Below are positions 11,837 to 17,985 of a DNA stretch of 17,985 nucleotides, in pieces; position 1 is the stretch's first letter; each line of letters begins with the position of its first letter. The translations under genes were made by a program, and so were the position numbers. The DNA comes from Fonticula alba ATCC 38817 (lineage: Eukaryota; Protista; Nucleariida), in the NCBI GenBank assembly GCA_000388065.2, contig KB932208.1. One strand, given 5' to 3'. The notes below the pieces were generated by a model that was given only the letters and a program-made list of their open reading frames with translations, was not told the origin of the DNA and ran no database searches.

Positions 11837-11959
11837 GTCCGTACATTGGCCGGCCTGCTTGCCCGCTTGCCCGCTTTTCGCCCCCCCCCCCCTTCTGAGC
11901 AACATCGGCCGACTTGGCTGAGCCTGCCGCTGACCCGTCCCCGTGCTCCCCACCCCCAG

Positions 11960-12028
11960 GCCGGCCGCGTGCACTTCTCCCCCACCGCACCGATGCACGT
12001 TTACTCTGCGGGGCTCGGCGATTCCGAG
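11960..12028 (+). CDS. Gene B exon (AGRVHFSPTAPMHVYSAGLGDSE)
   Basis: GCTGAC branch-like motif, cccCAG acceptor at 11957-11959, 69 nt phase 0-0, GTGCGA donor at 12029. The FSP..P..VYSAG pattern is typical of propeller blades. Confidence 0.8.
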
Positions 12029-12152
12029 GTGCGACAAATGCCTGGCGCGCCTGACCTTCGCCACGCCCTTGGGAATGGCATCACTGACAGCAGACCCTCC
12101 CCACACCTGGTCGAAAAAAAAAAACAACCCGACCCCATGTGTCCTGGCACAG

Positions 12153-12236
12153 CTCACCTTCTCCTCGATTGCCGGACCCCAGCGTGGCTCGCGGCCATCC
12201 ACCCGTGTCGATGGTCGCTGGCTTGGTCTGGCTCAG
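12153..12236 (+). CDS. Gene B exon (LTFSSIAGPQRGSRPSTRVDGRWLGLAQ)
   Basis: gcaCAG acceptor at 12150-12152, 84 nt phase 0-0, GTGCGT donor at 12237. Confidence 0.8.
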
Positions 12237-12343
12237 GTGCGTCCCGCTCGGGCGGGTCCTTGCCCTCTTGTTTCATTTCCATCTTCCCCCCTCCTTCTCC
12301 CATCCTCCTCCCACACAAGTAGGCTGGGGCCCCTGGCTGACAG

Positions 12344-12517
12344 CGCCCTGCCACGAAGACCACCGCCCATGGAGACGACGTGGTCGTCGGCCTCACTGCT
12401 CAGGGCACACTGTACACGCTTCAGGGGGCGACCTGGGCCTTTGGCTACCAGCCGCCCACTGCCGCCACCGCTGCCACCAGCACCTCCAGCACTGCCGCCA
12501 CCATGACCAACGAATAG
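12344..12517 (+). CDS. Gene B last exon (RPATKTTAHGDDVVVGLTAQGTLYTLQGATW...TMTNE*)
   Basis: ctgaCAG acceptor at 12341-12343; an in-frame TGA at 12338 forces this boundary. Phase 0, TAG at 12515-12517. VVVGLTAQGTLYTL is a terminal blade-like strand pair. Confidence 0.75.
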   Translation, partial: RPATKTTAHGDDVVVGLTAQGTLYTLQGATWAFGYQPPTAATAATSTSSTAATMTNE

Positions 12518-12536
12518 ACATGCCGGCTTGCCGTTT

Positions 12537-12538
<2 letters not shown>

Positions 12539-12583
<45 letters not shown>
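12539..12583 (+). repeat. (CA)22 microsatellite just 3' of the gene B stop codon
   Basis: Directly visible and uninterrupted. Confidence 0.95.
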
Positions 12584-12585
<2 letters not shown>

Positions 12586-12884
12586 CTCTGCCTCTTTTTC
12601 CCTCTCTTTGCCCTCCTCCCAGAGGCCCGAGACAGGAGCCGGGAGGGGCAAGGAGCGCATTCAGGACACTGGCCATATGTGCATCCCAATCGCACGATGC
12701 AGAGCCATGGCCATCCATCCCGGCAAAAGGCCCTCCCCAGCCGGCCCGTCCGGCGCCCCCATCCCGCGTGTGTAGTACCACATGTCCCGGGAACTTGGTT
12801 TTGGGTCCTTCTTCCCTGCCAGCCTGCCAGCCAGCCAGCCGGCGTGTCGTTCCCCATGCGGGAGAAGATGCGCATGGGGTAGGT

Positions 12885-12945
12885 TGCACCTGGCGGGGAG
12901 AGAGCTTGCCTCTGCACCTGGCGGGGAGAGAGCTTGCCTTTGCAC
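12885..12945 (+). repeat. 28-bp tandem duplication (TGCACCTGGCGGGGAGAGAGCTTGCCTY), about 2.2 copies, between two convergent genes
   Basis: Copies at 12885-12912 and 12913-12940 differ at one base; partial TGCAC at 12941-12945. Confidence 0.9.
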
Positions 12946-13053
12946 ACGGATGGGGGAAGGGTACACCCCTGGGGAAGGCGCTCCATTGAGGGGGGGGTGT
13001 ATTGCTGGAAATGGCGCAGGGGGAGGGGGAACCAAGCCAGGGGGCAGGGGGGC

Positions 13054-13467
13054 TCAGGCGGAAAAGCCCCAAGTCCGGACAGTCCGGTCCTCGCCACAGC
13101 TGAGCAACATGCCCTGGCTCTCATTCCAGTCTACCCCGTACACGGGTGCAGCCTGGTGCGTCCGGAGGAGGCGCGGCTGAATGTCGGGCGAGACCCCGAC
13201 ACCGGGCCAGGCGCTCCCCCCGGGCCACAGACCCCCGGCATTGGTGGCCTGCTTGACCAGGGCGGACATGCCATGGCGGCCGGTGCTGGGCCCGCCGCCG
13301 GTGCCCAGCGCGCCGCTGCTTCCGGCGCCATTGCCGGTTCCGGTCTCCCAGAGGTGGACATTGCCATCCTCCGACCCGGATGCCAGCACCGATCGGCTGT
13401 GCGCCCAGGTGAGGCGGACGAAATGCTTGGTGGAGTTCTGCACGCCAGCCAGCCGGCGGCTCGAGTC
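13054..13467 (-). CDS. Gene A last exon, final two WD40 repeats
   Basis: atgTAG acceptor at 13470-13468, phase 0. Reads DSSRRLAGVQNSTKHFVRLTWAHSRSVLASGSEDGNVHLWETG...HQAAPVYGVDWNESQGMLLSCGEDRTVRTWGFSA*; TGA at 13056-13054. Confidence 0.88.
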   Translation of the reverse strand, partial: DSSRRLAGVQNSTKHFVRLTWAHSRSVLASGSEDGNVHLWETGTGNGAGSSGALGTGGGPSTGRHGMSALVKQATNAGGLWPGGSAWPGVGVSPDIQPRLLRTHQAAPVYGVDWNESQGMLLSCGEDRTVRTWGFSA

Positions 13468-13610
13468 CTACATACCACGGTCGAAGGGGAGTAGCGGCTA
13501 ATGAGTGGCGAGAGGGGAGACAAATGGAGCGAGAAGAGCAGGGCGGGGGGGGGGGGATGGGGGGAAGGAGGGAGGAGGGAAGGAAGACAGCGAGGCGCCG
13601 AGGGGCGCAC

Positions 13611-13785
13611 CGTGCGCAGGTCCCAGATCCGAATGATGCCATCACGCGAGAGGGCCGCCAGGTTGAGGGACCCCGGGCCGCCCAGCGAGACCGAGGTGAT
13701 CTCGCCGAGAATGCGCGGGTCTTTGAGAACTTTGACACACCGGCCACTGCGCAGATCCCAGAACCGGATCGTCCGGTCCTTGGAG
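13611..13785 (-). CDS. Gene A WD40 exon (SKDRTIRFWDLRSGRCVKVL...LSRDGIIRIWDLRT)
   Basis: tccTAG acceptor at 13788-13786 (phase 2, restores LISG|SKD); GTGCGC donor at 13610 (phase 0); two canonical WD repeat ends. Confidence 0.9.
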
Positions 13786-13947
13786 CTAGGACACAAAAAG
13801 GGAATCGGGGTCAGGGCCAGGCCGGGGGGGGGGGGGGGGCCGGGGCACGCCCGAGCGGGAAGGTGGGAACATCGGGGTGCGAGCGCGCGCTCCCTCCCGG
13901 GGGGGGGGGCAGTGTGCGATCGGCAAAGAGGCGGCCCAAGCACGCAC

Positions 13948-14321
13948 CCACTGATGAGCAGGCTACCGGTCGGGGAGAAGGACAGCCCAGTGATGGACCC
14001 CGTGTGGCCGTAGAACTCCTGCGTGACGAGAGAGTGCCGGCCACCGGAGGCCGGGGCCGGATGGCCCGAGAGGTTCAACAGGCGGATGGTGTGGTCGTAC
14101 CCGCCGACGGCCAGGTGCGTCTCGGCCGCCGGCTGGATGGCAATCGAGTACTGGTCGGCGGCCGAGACAGACCCACGCCCAACGAGGGAGGTGTGCGAAT
14201 CGCCCGGATACAATCGGGGGGGCTGTGCGCCGGGGCACCGGCCACCGGGGGCATCAACCAACCCCGAGGCCACGTGCACGCTCAAAACCGGCTGCGTCGA
14301 GTCGCCGGCTGCCGACCAGAG
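13948..14321 (-). CDS. Gene A WD40 exon (LWSAAG...LAVGGYDHTIRLLNL...FYGHTGSITGLSFSPTGSLLISG)
   Basis: ACTGAC branch-like motif, atcTAG acceptor at 14324-14322 (phase 0), GTGCGT donor at 13947 (phase 2); GH...FSP.G.LLISG WD40 signature. Confidence 0.87.
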
Positions 14322-14404
14322 CTAGATACCACGAGGAGCGGGCGTCAGTTGTGGCGAAGAGCGGCGAGAGAGGGGCGGGGGATGGGAGAGCATTGAGGCG
14401 GCCG

Positions 14405-14979
14405 NNNNNNNNNNNNNNNNNNNNNNNNNNNNNNNNNNNNNNNNNNNNNNNNNNNNNNNNNNNNNNNNNNNNNNNNNNNNNNNNNNNNNNNNNNNNNNNN
14501 NNNNNNNNNNNNNNNNNNNNNNNNNNNNNNNNNNNNNNNNNNNNNNNNNNNNNNNNNNNNNNNNNNNNNNNNNNNNNNNNNNNNNNNNNNNNNNNNNNNN
14601 NNNNNNNNNNNNNNNNNNNNNNNNNNNNNNNNNNNNNNNNNNNNNNNNNNNNNNNNNNNNNNNNNNNNNNNNNNNNNNNNNNNNNNNNNNNNNNNNNNNN
14701 NNNNNNNNNNNNNNNNNNNNNNNNNNNNNNNNNNNNNNNNNNNNNNNNNNNNNNNNNNNNNNNNNNNNNNNNNNNNNNNNNNNNNNNNNNNNNNNNNNNN
14801 NNNNNNNNNNNNNNNNNNNNNNNNNNNNNNNNNNNNNNNNNNNNNNNNNNNNNNNNNNNNNNNNNNNNNNNNNNNNNNNNNNNNNNNNNNNNNNNNNNNN
14901 NNNNNNNNNNNNNNNNNNNNNNNNNNNNNNNNNNNNNNNNNNNNNNNNNNNNNNNNNNNNNNNNNNNNNNNNNNNNNNN
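14405..14979. other. Assembly gap (575 N) inside gene A, preceding a poly-G run
   Basis: Directly visible. Confidence 0.99.
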
Positions 14980-16570
14980 GGGGGGGGGGGGGACGGCAGG
15001 CTACACCGGCCGGCCCGAGTCCCTCGGCGCCCCTCGCCCGGCGCACGTTTAGACGCCCCGGGAATGTCGCCCGGGACGAGGCCCGGGGCGCGTAATACGG
15101 CTCTCTCTCTCTCCCCGGGGTCACCCATCAATGACTAACGGCCCCCGGCCGGGTCAGGGCTACGCGACCGAGGGTTCGGCGGGGCCGACGGTGGCGCCCT
15201 CCTTGCGGAGCGTGCGCCGCGCAGGACGTGCCAAAATCACAGGGTACAGGGGATTTTGGCAGACGCGGTTGTGTCCGTGCGGTGTTCGCTTCGCCCGGCC
15301 CGGCCCGCTCTCGCCGGGGAAAGAAGCGGACGGACAGAGTCCTGCCTGGCACGAAAGCAGGTGGCTGCCCCTTGGGGCCCCCACGAGACAGGGCGACGGC
15401 GATGGCGGCGCCGACGACGGGGCGCACGGTCCCCGCCGGGCTGTGCCGGCGGCTCGGGGCGGGAGGCCGTGGCTTCGCTGCCTGGCCGCGCAGGCGCCCC
15501 GCGCCCCGCCCCTCGCCCCGGCCCCCCACCCCTCCCCCCCCCGCTCTCCCACGACCACTCTACCCCGTGCCCTGGGCCCGGGGCAGCCTGTGGAAGCCAG
15601 CTATTGGTGGGAGGGGGAAAAGACTTGTCGATATCGCCCCCCCGAATGCCACAATATGTCGCCAGCTAATAATGGCCCCATCGGAGGGGGGGGGGGGGGG
15701 GAGGTGGGCTGGCCTTTGCGCCGGGTGTCGCGGAGGCCGTGATGCCCCAAGAACGGAGCATTCGTCCGGCACGGTGTTCCGGTGGTGATCCCGCCCCCCC
15801 CCCCGCCCCTCGCCCCGCCGAGGCCCTGGGGCCGCAGCAGGAGAACATGCTCGAGGATGTGTGTGTGGATGGGGGATGCGGTGTGTCGTTTGGAGCTCTC
15901 ACAGCTTGCATATGATGCGACATATTATTGGAGGAATATCGCCCTGTCGTCCAGTGGCTCTGCCTGCGCGCGGCATCAGTCGCCCCTCCACAGTCACCTC
16001 GCGCCGGCCGGCCGGGGGGGGGGGGACATTTTTGAGAGCAACCCTCGCCCCCCCGCCGCGTCGGGGCGTCTGCCTGTGGGCACCGCGCGCGCGTCTGGGC
16101 TCGCGGGAATGTGGTAGGCGCCTGCCTGTAGTAGCGCCCCGCCCCCCCGCGCTCGGTCGTTCCCGCCCCTCCTCGCCGTCGTGCGCGTGTTGTGTGTGCG
16201 TGAGCAAGCGGGCGGGTGTGTTTGGAGTCCACCAGAGGCGGGGGGGGAGGGGGGCCTCCTGTCCTCCAGTCATCCCTGTCTCAGGACCGGCCCGGCGTCC
16301 AGGAGGGCGGGTCATTTGCGCGCGCGCCGGTGTCCCGCCGTCACGCTGGGCATGCGCGGCCTGACGCCCCGGATGCCGGACATGTGGCGGCTCATGCGGG
16401 GCTTTCCGGTGTGCGTAGTCTGTCGTGCACCCCCGGGGGTGCGCGGCCTCGCTCCGGGGTGGTCGAGCTCGCGCTGGCAGCAATACCGGGGCCCCGTCAG
16501 CCTCCCTCACGACTGTGAGTAGCCCCGTCTGGGAGAGCAGGGGGTGAATCTCCGGGAGGCGGGATATGCG

Positions 16571-16604
16571 GCTCCCCTGTGGCTCCCCTGTGGGTGCCCC
16601 TGTG
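16571..16604 (+). repeat. Degenerate 11-bp tandem repeat (GCTCCCCTGTG) x3
   Basis: Copies at 16571-16581 and 16582-16592 are identical; the third copy is a variant. Confidence 0.75.
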
Positions 16605-16646
16605 AGACGCCTCCGTGGCTCTGCCCTGTGCTTCCGGCTCGCGCGC

Positions 16647-16711
16647 GCGCCAAATAGTCCCAAGCGCCAAATAGTCCCAAGCGCCAAATGGCCCCAAGCG
16701 CCGAATAGTCC
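16647..16711 (+). repeat. 17-bp minisatellite (GCGCCAAATAGTCCCAA), about 3.8 copies
   Basis: Units at 16647, 16664 (identical), 16681 (variant) and 16698 (partial variant). Confidence 0.93.
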
Positions 16712-16748
16712 GGAGGCCAGCTCGTAGGGGCGCACAACNNNNNNNNNN

Positions 16749-16756
16749 CGAGGAGG
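16749..16756 (-). CDS. Start of a gene A exon running into a 10-N gap (S-L-L-D/E)
   Basis: C-tract plus gcaCAG acceptor at 16759-16757. The phase-2 join gives QTSSLL(D/E), matching the SLLxD motif that follows the CRA region in WDR26-type proteins. The 3' boundary is unknown because of gap 16739-16748. Confidence 0.5.
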
Positions 16757-16872
16757 CTGTGCTTGAAGAGGGGGGGGGGGGGCGGGGGGCGGGGCCGACG
16801 GCAGGAGACGACGGGTAAGTGGATGCCCCAAAGTGACCGAGGTACGGGGCCGCTCGAGGCACATGCACGCAC

Positions 16873-16972
16873 GAACTGGTCTGGCACACATCGGACGGGG
16901 AATACTGGTGCTGCTGAAGGCGGAATGCCACGCCACGCTTCAGCAGGGTGACCAGGCGCGCGGGTGGTGGAG
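16873..16972 (-). CDS. Gene A exon, CRA-like helix (APPPARLVTLLKRGVAFRLQQHQYSPSDVCQTS)
   Basis: tctCAG acceptor at 16975-16973 (phase 1, matching the upstream donor); GTGCGT donor at 16872. Resembles the PPxRLxxLLxQA motif of SMU1/WDR26-type LisH-CTLH-WD40 proteins. Confidence 0.8.
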
Positions 16973-17179
16973 CTGAGATTGTGTTTGTGTTTGCGTGCGT
17001 GGCGGTGTGGCGGTGTGTGAGTTAGAGTTTAAAAGAGCATTTGAAGGGAGCCCAGGGGGGAGCCCATGGACATGTGTATACACACACAGAGAGAGAGAGA
17101 GAGAGGAGAGGAGAGGAGGAGGGGAATTAAGGGCGTTAAAGAGGCAGGCAGGGGGAAGGGCGCGAACAAAGGGACATAC

Positions 17180-17972
17180 CGAGCTCATCATCGGCCCACT
17201 TGCCCCAATGGCCCAGGAGCTGCCCGGTGGCAACCTCATCCACCAGGTCCGGGCTGAAGAGGACAATGATCCGGTCACGGCCGCCAGTGACGCCGGGCCA
17301 ATCAGCCAAGTACGGGGCCTCGGCCACCGAGGCGCAGGTGAGAACACGACAGAGCTCCCGGAAGTCGTCCGGGTGAAAGCGATGCGCGCAGTAGGCCGGC
17401 GCCGGGCCCGGTGGCCAGAGGGGCTTGATCCGGTGCGTGAGCAGAGCCAGGGCGCGGGATGGCTCGCCGAGGTCGACCAGCTCCAGGAACTGCTGGCGCA
17501 GTAGCGTGTACAGGAGGAAGGAACTCGGCGGGGCCAGCTCCAGCGCGGCCAGGAGCTCGGGCAGGGGGGGCTGGTGCTCGTCCGCAGGGGGGCCGGCTTG
17601 GGGGATGGCGGCAGCGGCCGCGGCCGCGGCGGTTGCGCTGCCAGTGGCGCCGGCCGCGCCGGGAATGCCCCCGCTGCTGATGGCGGAAGTACCCGCGCCG
17701 GGGGCCATCCCGCCGGCAGGGCCGCCCGGTGCCACGGACCCGGACACCGGCGCCTCGATGGGTAGCCCGGCGGCCGGGGCCAGCCCGAGCAGCACGGCCA
17801 GGCGCTCGGCCTCGGGCCAGTCGCCGGCACGGATGGCCGCGCGCAGGGCAGCGCGCGACCCGGGCCGCGAGGCGGCCACCTGTAGCCGGCGCTCCAGGGA
17901 CCGATCTAGCTGGGCGGCCACGGCCTGCAAGTTGGCCTCGCGCAGGTAGGCCGCAATCATGCGGAGGATATC
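17180..17972 (-). CDS. Gene A exon with LisH and CTLH motifs (LisH-CTLH-WD40 protein, TOPLESS/WDR26/WDR47/SMU1-like architecture)
   Basis: ccgCAG acceptor at 17975-17973. LisH-like DILRMIAAYLREANLQAVAAQLDRS; CTLH-like LRAAIRAGDWPEAERL...LLYTLLRQQFLELVDLGEPSRALALL; DDFRELCRVLT...DW. GTATGT donor at 17179 (phase 1). Orthology is not assigned. Confidence 0.88.
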
Positions 17973-17985
17973 CTGCGGTTGTGGG

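Noticed and set aside
10356-11990. 544-aa minus-strand ORF
   Set aside because: Antisense shadow of gene B exons that also runs through (TG)n repeats.
13524-14396. 290-aa plus-strand ORF, and plus-strand ORFs over 16995-17949
   Set aside because: Antisense shadows of gene A exons.

Overview
GC-rich eukaryotic genomic DNA from a draft assembly, with spliceosomal GT-AG introns, (CA)n microsatellites, long G/C homopolymers and four N gaps (5844-6267, 8613-8622, 14405-14979, 16739-16748). Three genes are well supported. (1) An intronless GDP-L-fucose synthase (+3720-5210) with a ~36-aa loop insertion and a ~130-aa C-terminal extension. (2) A multi-exon, beta-propeller-like protein on + (exons 10654-12517; 5' end unresolved). 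(3) A multi-exon LisH-CTLH-CRA + WD40 protein on - (17972 down to 13054; 5' end lies outside the window; about two WD repeats are missing across a ~2.4 kb stretch that includes a gap). Genes 2 and 3 were assembled by hand from in-frame splice junctions. Regions 1-3400, 5400-10000 and 14980-16740 hold coding-like fragments I could not assemble reliably. One low-confidence hypothesis is a degenerate CTP-synthase-like sequence at ~5430-8260. No rRNA, tRNA, CRISPR array or recognisable transposase was seen. The style (GC content, low-complexity protein insertions, C/CA-rich introns) suggests a unicellular eukaryote, but the organism cannot be identified from the sequence.
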